Shown here: positions 49,191-61,313 of the stretch, piece by piece | How positions within the stretch are numbered: position 1 is the first letter of the stretch | How the letters are laid out: every line of letters begins with the position of its first letter | Assembly (NCBI GenBank): GCA_965287045.1 | Contig: OZ336870.1 | Span: forward strand, 113,212,001-113,276,000 | Length of the DNA: 64,000 nt | Source of the DNA: Carcharhinus amblyrhynchos | Taxonomy: Eukaryota | Direction of reading: 5' to 3' | Translations under genes and position numbers: made by a program | The notes under the pieces: model-generated | What the model saw: only the letters and a program-made list of their open reading frames with translations | What the model was told of the DNA's origin: nothing | Database searches by the model: none

Positions 49191-49854
49191 TCGGTAAGAA
49201 TATATATTAAGCAAGGAACTAGATATAACATATATACATACTCGTCAGAAAATGAGCCATTAATAACTCAGCATAATAAGCTCTCAAAATAATAAATTGA
49301 AACAATTGAATAATTGGACCAGAATGTTCAGCAGGATACGGTTTCGCATTATTCTCTATTCATTAGACTTAAACCTTTTTAACTTCAGTGAGATTTTGCG
49401 CAGCGAGTAGCTGTATTAGAAACCCAAATATTGTGGTGGCTTCCATTATACAAACAGAGCCAGCCAATTTGTGTCTGCTTAATCTCTCAAACCGAAGAAT
49501 TGTTAATGAATAATGCAATGTCTCTATCAAAAATTATGGGTTGGAATGCCAAATCGCGTACAGAAAGTGAAATAAAAAGAAAATAATAATGAAATTAAGA
49601 GGGAGGAGAAAAAGATAGATTAAGAACTAAGAAAAATAAAAACTGATTTTTAAAAAAGAATGTTGACAATTGTAATCTGAACGAATGAGACTCTACACTT
49701 GTAAAAATAATTTTCACTGAACTTACTTGGCAATAATCAAGAGCAATCACACCATTAAAAATTAGGATAAAATGGGTCAATTCTAACATTCTGTGATAAA
49801 TGTAGTTTGTATTTAACATACAAGTTGCTATGGTTCATAGCAACATCAACCATC

Positions 49855-50722
49855 TACATCAATGAGGTTCTCTTCATCATAGACCAGAAGTGAGGATGTT
49901 CGCTGAGGATTGTACAATGCTCAGCACCATTCACAACTCCTCAGATAGTGAGGCAGTCTGTGTCCATCTGCAGTAAGACCTGGACAATATTCAGATTAGG
50001 GCAGATAAATGGGAAGTAATATTCACACCATACAAATGCCTGGCAGTGACCATCAAGGTGGGATTCTAACCATCTTTCTTTGGTACTCAATGGTATTAAC
50101 ATTAAAGAATCTCCCTCTATCAACATCTGGTGGTTTACCATTGACCAGGAACTGAACTGGGCCATCCGTGTAAATACTGTGGCTACAATAGCAAGAGGCT
50201 AGGAATCCTGCAATGTGTAATTCTTCCCTAACTTCCCAAACAAGTGCGTAATCAAAAGGCAGTAAACTGTGATGGAATACTCCCCGCTTGCCTGGATCAA
50301 TGCAGTTCCAGCAACACTAAGAGCAAAACACTGATTGGCACTCCATCCTCCAATGTAACCATGCACTCCCTCCACCAATTATACATTGTGGGAGCAACTT
50401 GTGCCGTCTACCATATCTGCAATTCACGAAGACTCCTTTGATAGCACATTCCAAACCAGTGATCTCTGCCACAGAGAAGGAGAAGCACAGCATGGGAATA
50501 ATACCACCTGTAAAGTCCCCTCCTATCCACACACCATTTTGACTCAGAACTATGTCACTTTTCTTTCTCTGTCAAAGTCCTGGAACTCCCTTCCTAACAG
50601 CATTGTGGATGTACTACACCGCATGGACTGCAGTGGTTTAAGAACTTGTCTCAACTAAGCTTGGCCAATAAATGCTGACCGAGGCAATGATGCCCACGTC
50701 TCATAAACAAATGGATAAAAAA
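49855..50722 (+). mobile_element. Divergent CR1-group LINE (family C), degraded
   Basis: MFAEDCTM (FADD-like), GTGATGGAATACTCCCCGCTTGCCTGGAT and SWNSLPNSIV; tail as at 33295. Confidence 0.8.
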
Positions 50723-51171
50723 GTCTATTCAACACGCTTGGATGGGAAGCCTAATTATGAAATGTTTATATGAAGTTGACGGAGGAGCAATCTATCTTTA
50801 TAGCATTTTTTGGGTTTTTTACTTGACCGTACCATCTTCCCTGTCTAATGTTGCTGTGAGATATATGTTTTAATAATGGTAAACACCATTAATCTCACCA
50901 TTATTTTGACTATAATTCTAGTTCAATTCCTTTCCATTCTTAAAGCATTCAATATAGTTTCAAGTGATGTGCCATTAATAAAACCTTTTCCTGTTTGGAC
51001 AGCATGTAAACCAGAAAAACAGACCACACATTTATGCCATCAAAACAGCAGATATAAGAGATGAAGTGGCATGGTTCCAGCTTTGTTTACATTATTGTGT
51101 ATTGTGTGGCCAGAGTTTTACTGCCCCACCCACCATAGGAACCAGAGTGGGCAAGGGGTGGATGATGAAAA

Positions 51172-51556
51172 GATTTGATTTGATTTTTGATTTGATTTAT
51201 TATTATCATACGTTTTAACATACAGTGAAAAGTATTGTTTCTTGTGCGCTATACAGACAAAGCATACCGTTCATAGAGATGGAAACGAGACAGTGCAGAA
51301 TGTAGTGTTACAGTCATAGCTAGGCTGTAGAGAAAGATCAACTTAATGCAAGGTAAGTCCATTCAAAAGCCTGTCAGCAGCAGGGACATGACCTCAGACT
51401 TTTGCATCTTTTTCCCGACGGAAGGTGGTGGAAGAGAGAATGTCTGGGTGCGTGGGATCATTAATTATGCTGACTCATTTGCCGAGACAGCGAGAAGTGT
51501 AGACAGAGTCAATGGATGGGAGACTGGTTTGCATGATCAATAGGGCTATATTCACG
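51172..51556 (-). mobile_element. Rex1/Babar LINE 3' end inserted in a MITE (51108-51607)
   Basis: Close match to 19431-19833; MITE halves GGCCAGAGTTTTA and TAATATCCCACC flank it. Confidence 0.88.
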
Positions 51557-52477
51557 GTTCAGGCGGGATTTATGGTTTTGGGATGAGTAAAGCTGTAATA
51601 TCCCACCAATATTTTACCAAACATTTTTTAATTACTCCTGTTTAAAAATTTCAGTTTCATCTGGTCAAATACATGAATGGGATCCACATTGTTCTACATG
51701 AAGAAATGTATATTCTAGTAAACAGATTAATGAAATAAAATTTTCACAATGATTTATTGTCAAATGTGACAATTACTCCCACAGCATTATTTAGGTACTT
51801 ATAGAAAAAGTGTTGTAGGAGATTTAAGATGAAGATGGATGGAAATCAATCTCAGGCAAGGCTAATGCTACACCCATTTATAATCACAGCCAAGAGCCTT
51901 AATTTATGTTCTTCTCTTCACTATATTTCATTCTACAAGCTATGAGAATTCAGATTTTGTTAAAATTATGAGTTGAAGGACCAATATCCCAGTAATAGTC
52001 GAACTGAATCTAATTCCATTCACAATCAGAATGCTGTATACTAGTTTCCCTCTACTACTATAAAGCTTTCCAATAATTTGCTACTGGGGGATAATCATGC
52101 TCAGTTTTTATCTTTCCTTGCCCTCTTCCCTCACAATCACTGCATTCTCAAAGGCTGCCTAGGACAATGGTTAAATATTCCAGTCAAATTTGGGCAATCT
52201 CAATTTAAATTTCCACGAACATTAATGAAAATCTTCAATGCCTGGTTAAATTTTACTAAGACAAGCAGTGACCTTGTGAGTTTTGTCAAGTTTTAAAAGC
52301 ATTGAAATACTCATCTTCTCCAGGTCAAATGTTTTCATGTTTTGTTTATTGATATATTATTAATCTTGGAGACAATTCCACAATCAAAATAGTTTGGATT
52401 TTCTTAGTTCCTTGTTTCTCTACCTTCAAGCTTGTAGCAGTAATGTGTCAATTGCCTTATTTTTTGGCTGATGATCA

Positions 52478-52655
52478 GTGGCGATGGCCAAGTGGTGTCA
52501 GCCCAGACTATTAATCCAGGAAATTCACAGCAGACTGACTCTCAACTGCCTTCTGAAAAAGCCCAGCAAACTATTCACTTCCAAGGGCAACTAGGGATAG
52601 ACAATAGATGCTGGGCAGCCAGCGACACACCTATGTCTCAACAATGAATAAAAAA
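52478..52655 (+). mobile_element. SINE family C, internally deleted
   Basis: Head and tail match 39129-39483. Confidence 0.7.
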
Positions 52656-52705
52656 CAATTCCTGTTACCAAGAAATGGCTGAGTGACCTTCATACTTCAT
52701 TTCAA

Positions 52706-52995
52706 GCAGCACAGTGGTGCAGTGATTAGTATCTGCTGTCTCCTAGCGCCAGGGATCCAAGTTCAATTCCGGCCTCACTCCAGCATTGGTTTCCTCTGGC
52801 TGCTCCAGTTTCCTCCCACCATCCAAAGATATGCATGTTAGGATGATTGGCCATGCTAAATTGCCCCTTAGTGTCAGGGGGATTAGGATTGTACATATGT
52901 GAGGTTATGAGGAGGGGACCTGGGTGGGATTGTTGTCGATGCAGACATGATCGGCCAAATGGTCTCGTTCTGCACTGCAGAATCTATAATTCTAA
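52706..52995 (+). mobile_element. HE1-type V-SINE
   Basis: Head, partial V-domain and CR1-like tail. Confidence 0.88.
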
Positions 52996-53280
52996 GTTGC
53001 TAGGGTTTGAGTGAATAAATTTATTAATTGTATTGTCATCCCAGCCTGAGTTTTTCTTCTCTTATATTCTGTCCTGATTTTTCCTTATGTGTCTTAGATG
53101 TTAAGCAAATTTTCCGTACTACTTCTTTCCTTAAATCAGGAGCTTGTTTAATCCAAGGTGGCCAGCATCTTCCAAGATGCTCCAAGCCTCCTATAATATT
53201 ACTCTAATGTGCATCTGAAGGTGCTTACCTTGTCAAAACAAACAATTAATCAAATAAGAAATCTTGGAGGTTTTTTTATA

Positions 53281-53405
53281 TAAAAGCAAATTACTGCAGA
53301 AGCAGGAATCTGAGACAAAAACAGAGAGTGCTGAAAAATCTCAGCAGGTCTGACAGCATCTGTGAAATGAGAGCAGAGCCAATGTTATGAGTCTGGATGA
53401 CCCTC
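53281..53405 (-). mobile_element. Penelope-like terminal repeat fragment
   Basis: Homologous to 54856-54986 (TACTGCAGA...AATCTGAGA...CAGCAGGT...CAGCATCT); truncated within the hammerhead position. Confidence 0.65.
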
Positions 53406-54320
53406 ACCCATCTTCAATCTGCTACAACAACATTGGGCATTTCTCAACCATTTCCACATTGGCTAAGATCTTTGTGCAGCAAATCAGCACAAGAACGCCT
53501 TGCAGGGAACCTGGATGTGGTGCCCCCCAATGAATGACTCACATCATTGAAAATTGTACCTGACAATGTTCAGTGGCGGACTCAGAGAGCCCCATTTAGT
53601 CACAGTGGGAGCTAGTATCTGGCTTTGTGATCACTGAAAACACTAATAGTAATACTCTTGCCAATGTGGGAAATTATAGAATTTAAGAATACCACTATTT
53701 AGTACAACTTCAAAGCATAAGTGAATGGCAGAGTTAGCTGGACTTTTTATCCTCATTGTCTTTGGTCAGAGTGCCCATTTGTGTATTCTTGATAGTGGAA
53801 TAGATCTTTCCTTTAACAAGTTATTGCAATGTCATTAAGGATTCTCTAATAAATGTTGGGAGTGTTTGAGTGTGTTGGAAATTTTGCGTTGGAAGCTGAA
53901 ACCAATAGTTGATTCTCAACTTGCCATCCCAAAGTACATGCCCCCAATTTCTGTGAGGGGGAGGGGGTATTCATTCCATGTGCCAAGACTGTCAGTGTGG
54001 CCTTGTTGCCCCATACCCCTTACTGACCTGCCAGCCTGGCCCCAGTGAACCCCCTTCCTCATTTACTTTTGCATCTCTTGTTCCTTCCAAAACTGCAAAT
54101 CTTGTCTCTCTAAAAGTGAGGGTTGCACATCACAGAGATTAATTTAATCTTCAGAGTGTCAATAGGTCCAAAACCACTCAGGTTACTGTAATATTGTCCT
54201 TTCAGTTCTAAAATGAACATGATAGCTCTGATTTTAGCTTGGGCTGGAAATCGAAAATATGGGAACCTAAGATGACACTGATCTACATAGGCCACTAGAA
54301 TGAGATTTTATGTATTTAAG

Positions 54321-54805
54321 GGGTGGTGCTGGTGTTGTAGCATTGTCACTGGACTAGTAATGCAAATACCCAAGACAATGTTTTGGAGACCTGGGTTTGA
54401 ATCACACTATGGCAGATTATGAAACTTGATTTCAATAAAACAATCAAGTAAAAGCCTAATAATGACCACAAAACTGTTATCTATTGTCTGGTTGGCTGTC
54501 CTTACTCAGTCTGACCTACATGTGGCTCCAGACCCACAGCAATGTTATCTGTTTTCTGTCCTAGAGTCATAGAGGTTTGTAGCACGGAAACAGGCGCTTT
54601 GGCCCAACTTGTCCATGCCACCCAGCTTTTATCATTAAGCTAACCCCAGTTGCCCACATTTGGCCCATAAGACTCGATATCCATCCTATCCATGTAACTG
54701 TCCTCTGGAATGGCCAAGCAAACCTTTCATTTCAAGACCAACTAGGAATGGGCAATAAACGCTGGCCCAGATGGTAACACTCACATCCCATGAATGAATA
54801 CAAAA
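54321..54805 (+). mobile_element. SINE family C split by a CR1 3' tail (about 54562-54700, minus strand)
   Basis: Head, B-box and tail as at 39129; CTGTCCT occurs at both junctions of the CR1 piece. Confidence 0.75.
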
Positions 54806-54855
54806 CATAGCGCTGTACCGTTTCCTGCCCAAAGTTGACTGGGATGGTGTTAACA

Positions 54856-54986
54856 GAAAACCAAAATACTGCAGATGCTGGAAATCTGAGATGACAACAG
54901 AAAATGCTGGAAAAAAATCAGCAGGTTAGGCAGCATCTATAGAAAGAAGCAACTAAAATTTCAGGTTGATGACTCTTCATCAGAAT
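54856..54986 (-). mobile_element. Penelope-like terminal repeat fragment with decayed hammerhead
   Basis: Minus strand ATT CTGATGA AGAGTCATCAACCT GAAA TTTT AGTT at 54951-54986. Confidence 0.7.
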
Positions 54987-55953
54987 CCCAGAGAATAATG
55001 GTGGATTGGAGTAAGGTGGAATTCCTGAATTTTGGTGCCAGCCTTTCTCCCTCCACAATTGATTATATGTCAATATTATATATTATAGTATCAATTCTAA
55101 TAATAAATTAATAAAGGTGTGGAAGGGAAATGATTGTGGCATCTGCCTATTTTTTCCAACATCACAATTGTAACTGCAATTTAAATAGTTACTGCATTCG
55201 CTGCAAAATGTTTTGAGATGTCCTAAAGTAGTGACTGGTGCTACACAAATGCCCATGCTGTCCTTATGTACCATCATGCCTGATGGCTTGAGGTGCAAGC
55301 TGAACTGTGAATGAAAACATATTTTATTTGAATTTCAACACGCCCATTTTACCCAATGCAGTCGATTGTTCTATAATCACTGAACTTACTTTATCTCCTG
55401 AGAAAAGTTCTGCAAAATTGCTCCCTGACCTCCTTGGATAATTGAGCAAAACTCTAGCATATCTATCCTACTTTACAGCCTTCTTCATTCAATGACTTGC
55501 CTTCCACAGATGACATTTCCATGGTCCCAGCAGTGCAGAAAGCATTGTATTCCATGGAGTATTTGATCATCACTGTCTACATTTATCAATATAGCCTTCA
55601 ATCCTTTTCCTAACTAGATATCTTTCCAGCTTATTTTTTGAAGCAATTAATTGAGATGACATTAACAGCTTTTGCTGCGAGTCTGCTCCCCTTATCCATT
55701 ACTCACCGTGACAAAGATTTCTTGATTTCTAGTCTCATTTGAGGCTTGTTAATTTTATACTTGCATCTTCAAGTTCAGTGTTCACAGTCCTGTTCACATG
55801 AAATATCCATGCTTCTCAGCATTTTAAAGAGCTCCACTCTCCCTTTAAATTAACTTCTCTTCAGGAAATGCACGTTCACTTCTCCAAGTTGTTTAGGTTA
55901 GACTAATTCCAGTCTTTCTGTTCAGAACCATATTCAGCGATTTACTGTCTTGC

Positions 55954-56323
55954 TTTTTAAACATACATTCAGAAAATATGAACGTAGCTGGCTAGCTGGA
56001 CCCAGCATTTGTTACCCATCCCTAATCGCCTTGAATGAAGTGGCTTGCAGAGGAGCAGTTGAGAGTCAGCCACATCGCTGTGGGTCTGGAGTCACATGTA
56101 GGCCAGATCAGGTAAGGATGACAGATTTTCTTCCCCAAAAGGATGTTAGTGACCAGGTGGGTTTTTATGACGATCAACAATGCTTTCATTTTGACTTTTA
56201 ATTCCAGATTTTTATTGTGTTCAACTTTTACCATCTGCCTTGATGGGATTCAAACTCAGGTCCCCAAAGCTTTACCTGGGTCTCTGGATTACTAGACCAG
56301 TGAAAATACTACCACATCACTGC
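55954..56323 (-). mobile_element. SINE family C, full length
   Basis: Reverse complement of 39129-39483. Confidence 0.85.
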
Positions 56324-56924
56324 TAAATGAGTGATGATTAGAAAAGGGGGTCTGACATAACCTCTGCAGTGATGTACCACAGATATAGGTTTAGTGTGAT
56401 ACAAAATGGCAGCATTTAGTTATACCATTGGCACTGCTGTGTTCTCAGATTATAGAAAAAGAGATTATACACGCATTGTTTATAATTTTTCTAACTGGCG
56501 TCCAAATTACAGTAAGCAAACTGAACATTAGTAAAATTCCTTTTGGTCATTTTGTGTTGTCTCAAGAATAATGTCTGGGATAGCCACATATTTTGCCGTT
56601 TCGTCAACCAGAAATGCTGACTCCAACCAAACCTTTCATTCTCAGTGCTGTGAAGATCCTAAAAAATGGTATTGATGGCATAAAATAGATTTTTAAGTGT
56701 CCAGGCTGTCAGTAGAGTTTTGTACAGTGCGGTCATACATCAAAAATTCAGGCGCAGGAGTTGGCTGAAGTTATTTTAACTGTACACTTGTATTTATGAT
56801 ATATAAATTTCATTGTGCAAAGCTCTGTGTTGAGGGTGGGTTAATTCATACATTCTACACCGTAAGATGATACAATTTGAATCATAACTTAATTCAGAAA
56901 TGTGGTCATTGGTCTAGAAAGTAT

Positions 56925-57149
56925 ACTCAATAACAGTTTCTTCCCTGCTGCCATCAGATCTTTGAATGGTCCTATCACATATTAAGCTGATCGCTCTCCT
57001 CCCTCCACTGGTAACTGCAGCACTATATTCTGCATCTTCCCCTTTTCTTCTTCCCTATGTACTCTATGAATGGTGTGTTTTGCCTGTATACCTGTAAGCA
57101 GCAATAGCTTTCACTGTATCTCCATACATGTGACAATAAATCAATTCAA
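56925..57149 (+). mobile_element. Rex1/Babar LINE 3' end
   Basis: NSFFPAAIRSLN-coding segment and TACATGTGACAATAAATCAA terminus. Confidence 0.8.
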
Positions 57150-58073
57150 TTTGCAAACATTTTCCTTGCAATACGTTATTTTTGTAGATGCATTGCACTG
57201 AAAAATTAGTCAAAAAGTAGTCTACAGGGAATATAGCCAGCTTAGTGGGTCCCAGGCCTCATCTAATGCCTTTTAAGGTACCTCACAATGAATTTTGCTC
57301 GTTTCTGATGTTTGGATAACGTTACTTTTTTGTTGGCAGTAGATCAAAGCCATCTGAACCGTAAATTGGGAGCACTGGCTTAGTAGAAGCCTTACTTAGC
57401 TGCCAATATAGAACTGTCTAAAGTGTATGCATTATTCCTAATCTATCTGGACTCATTCTGTCTGATTAGCTCATTAATAGCTCTGTATCAACTCCAGGCA
57501 AGAAAGTTACTGAGCCAATTTCTCTTTTCCGAACTTCATTGATGGAATGTTGGTTTGCCTAGTTTGAGTTGAAGTCACAAATAATATTTATTCCAACATT
57601 TTTATGTAATAGCAATGGAATTGTTGCATCCATTGGATTTTAATTACATTCTAAACAATCCTTTGATATCCAAATGGTACAATAAGCAAAGCAAATAAGA
57701 TGTTGAGTCATATTGGCAAGGTTCTTTTCACTGTTCAGAGTTCGTGCTGAAGCTGTGCCGTTTCCTGATCAGGTTGCCTTTCAGTGTGCCATGCATTTCT
57801 GATCATCACAGGTAAGGGAATCTTCCAAGCTCAGAGACAGCATAGCAGAGAGCAGTGAAGGACATATTGATAAGCCTGGGTTATTCAATGTTGAGAAGAG
57901 GCGAGCATCTTATAGAGCAGTAAAAAAACATTTCATAGGATTGAGAAACTACAGACAAAGTAATACTTTTAGATGTGCTGGGATAATTGGGAAAGAACAG
58001 ATGGATTTAGGATTGGGATGCGAAAACTTAAAAATAGATGTCAAGAAGCATCTGTTTGCACAGGGGCTGATCA

Positions 58074-58362
58074 ACAGTGGCACAGTGGTTAGCACTGCTG
58101 TCTTACAGCGCCAGGGACCTGGGTTCAATTCTTGGCTTCGCTCACTGTCCATTCTCCTCATGTCTATGTGAGTTTTCATCAGGTGCTCCGGTTTCCTCCC
58201 ACAGTCCAATGCATGTGCTAGTTAGGTTTATTGGCCATTCTAAATTGTCCCTGAACGTACCCGAACAGCTGCTAGAGTATGGTGACTAGGGGATTTTCAC
58301 AGTTATTTCATGACAGTGTTAATGAAAGCCAACTTGTGACACTAATAACTAATTAATAAACT
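58074..58362 (+). mobile_element. V-SINE variant with non-CR1 tail, inside a very old CR1 (about 57830-58520)
   Basis: Head, V-domain and tail ...CTTGTGACACTAATAA; degraded CR1 C-terminal sequence on both sides. Confidence 0.85.
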
Positions 58363-60269
58363 TTAACAACCGAAATGGATTGCCAAAAGTGGTGGTTGAG
58401 GTGAACTACTGAACTAATTTCAGGAAGGACTACATGCTGTAAACAGGTGATTGTTGGCATTATGGTAAGACGGGACTAAGTAGGCTGAGTACTTTTCATT
58501 TAAACCTAACTTGTGATCTAGTGTCCGTCAACCGTGACACTCCTCTAATGGCTGCTGCAAAAATCTTCTCAGATTGCATGATTTTCAATTTAATCCATTC
58601 CCGTGGTGCTTATTATCCAAGTTTGTACAGGTTGAAGGGAATTTGTTTGATGTTGGCACAAAGTTATCTGTATAGCTTTTGTCCACTCCTATTTTTAGTA
58701 AACTTTACTTTGAAGTTCTAAGAATTCTTGCTGACGATAAAAGTGAAGGCTCGTCCTGCCTCTTATATAGTAATTTCACTCAAAGGTGTTCATTCACATT
58801 GGCAAGAAAATTATGAGCACCATGTGCCCAACTTTCTGGTATCTATTCTTGACGAATGATACTGTGTATGAATGTGATTTTCTAAAATTACCCTTTATTA
58901 TAAAAGCAGCTTGATCTCCCAACTAAAAATCACTATTCTTAACAGATATTTCTTCCTTAATAACCACATTATCTCTGCTGCCAGCAGAAATTCTGTAACC
59001 TTTTTTTTAAAGGTTAATTGGATCATTTTGGTCAGTTGCTCTCATTAACTGGCTTGGTTCACATTGTCATTATCATTGAATAGTGGCCAAATTATTGTTT
59101 TATTCAATACAGAGAAATCTACACACATTTAGGTAAATGTATTTGGTGAATTTAAAGCTGAGTTATAGTGAAAAAACATGCGTTCCCTACTTATTTTCTC
59201 GGAGCTGCTGATCTTAACAGAGTCAAGCTATATATACCTTGAGGAAAACAAAATAGGGGAGAAAAGGAATTGACACCATTGCACAGGCAAAAACAAAGCA
59301 CAATGGGATTTTGAGAAACATGTAACATTTTGTTGATTTGTTCAATCATTTTTAATTTCATAATAGCATCCTTTTTGGGAATTTAAACTCCAATCATTTT
59401 AATACAGTGTAAGGATATTGCCAATTTTAATCTTTCCCCTTGGCATGTTATTATGCTTATGAATCAATGTTTTAAATCCTTTTATAAAAAATCATAGGAA
59501 GGAACATCCTCAAAAATGGTGGCTACTAGAATAATATTGCAGCTAACTGCATGTTTCACTGATTTACAGTCAGTGCTGCTGTATCAGGTATCATATTAAA
59601 TTATGTGGAGAATGAATAACATTGAGTAGGAAATTTACTGAATGTAACGTACTTTAAATTCAGAACACTGCTATGCTGACCTTTCTTAGTACAGTGCAGA
59701 TACACAAGGGAAGACAATTAGCCTTCTTAAAATACTACATACAGCATTGAAACAACTCTAATATAATCGGCCACACAATTTTACATTTGTAGCTTTGAAT
59801 TTTATCCACATCGCTTCTCTCTAGCTGCTATCAATTGGTCACATGTTGCAACACTGTTTTCAAGAGAATTCTGCTCACAGGAGACTTCTGGCTATTTAAT
59901 GCAGGCAGGCAGTAACTCAAGGGAAACAGATACCTGGTTAAGAGGTGATATTGGGGTTGCAAATAGACTGTGAATGTCTGGGGGAGTGGGGTGGGGGGTG
60001 GGATGGAGGAGGAAGGTAGAAGGAGGTGGTGGAGAGTGGCAGGGAAGTGGCAGATGTTGATGTTGGGGAAATTTCTGGAGAATACACTGTGACTTGATGC
60101 AACAGCAGGAGATAACATATCCTGCTGCGTGACTGGGCTATAGTTGCACTAGGGAGGGAGCTGGGTTTCTAAGAGACTAAGATGGCTGCAAACCTTCTCA
60201 TTCTCAGTACAGGTGTATGAAATTGTTAATGTTCGAGATACAGACCAAAGTTTTCTAGCTCTTCCTGTC

Positions 60270-60413
60270 AGAGGGATCTTCCAGTCCTGCTGCTGGCAAT
60301 CCCCCACAGTGCATTCCCCAACGGGAACACAGACAACAGCGGAACCGGAATCTCATCACCAGCCAATGGCAGACCACCTCCACTGTTGGAAAATATGCTG
60401 GAAAATCCCACCC
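60270..60413. mobile_element. Harbinger-like MITE, degraded
   Basis: GGGATCTTCCAG...CTGGAAAATCCCACCC inverted termini; related to 39928. Confidence 0.6.
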
Positions 60414-61313
60414 ACACACTTTACTCTTTGAAATTGACTTTTCTTTTAAAAAGTGGATGATGTGCTGTAAAGATGGCCACCAAAGGTCAGGTGTCATTTC
60501 TGTATAGACAAAGAATTAATTCGGGGGCCTGATTCTCAGACCTCTTCAAACAGCCTGGAGGAATCATGCTGTCTGGTGATTACTAGACATCCTGTCTTAG
60601 CCCTCAGTGATGGACAGTACAGAGCCTTGGACGTCATCAGTCGTTGCTTAGACATCTTGCCCCAAGATCTCCACTGTGGCTGCCATCCTTGCAGTATTGG
60701 CCTGAATTGCACACATTGTCGGCACCCTCTCCTGTGACAGAAGCCTGGTGGATTTCTCCAGATGGCCTTGCAGTTGAAGGAAGGTTCCAGAAACCCCTTC
60801 CTGATATGCATGGTTTTACTTTTGCAGCTGTAAAAGTGATCCCCAGAGGATCAACATCTGCCTTTGGAACAACCGGCTCCTCTGACTGCCCGCTTACTTG
60901 GAAGTTCCTACCTCAATCCAATGTGTAGCAGCAACTGTGTGGTCAGAAAGTGCCCAGAAGCCTAACTGCGAACATTTACCACTGAGGGGAACGTCTCAGT
61001 ACTGGTGGATGGTTGCAGGTGAAGGCAGTGCTAAGAATTCAGTGTCATCCCCTGAGCTGTGGTCCAGCGTTCTCTGAGGGGTTGGACGAGGGTCTATGAT
61101 GCCAGATGGTCCAGCCTCATTGCATGGTGACCTGGGAGGAGAAAGGTCATGGGTTAGCTTTTGGGATCCTCAGTGGTATAGAGAATGTTAAACTTGCTTG
61201 AGATATGGATAAATGTGCTTAGACTATCATAACCTTGCAATTGGTTAGTGATTGCTCTTGGTCTTCCCCTGCAATTCCCAGGGTCCTTTTTTCAAAGGGG
61301 GTAAGGACCCTCA

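Noticed and set aside
57739-57811. Possible exon with CAG|GTAAGG donor
   Set aside because: Abuts a very old CR1 remnant, and the one open frame resembles nothing I recognise.
59980-60002. Canonical G-quadruplex motif GGGGGAGTGGGGTGGGGGGTGGG
   Set aside because: Real motif but common in vertebrate genomes, with no context suggesting function.
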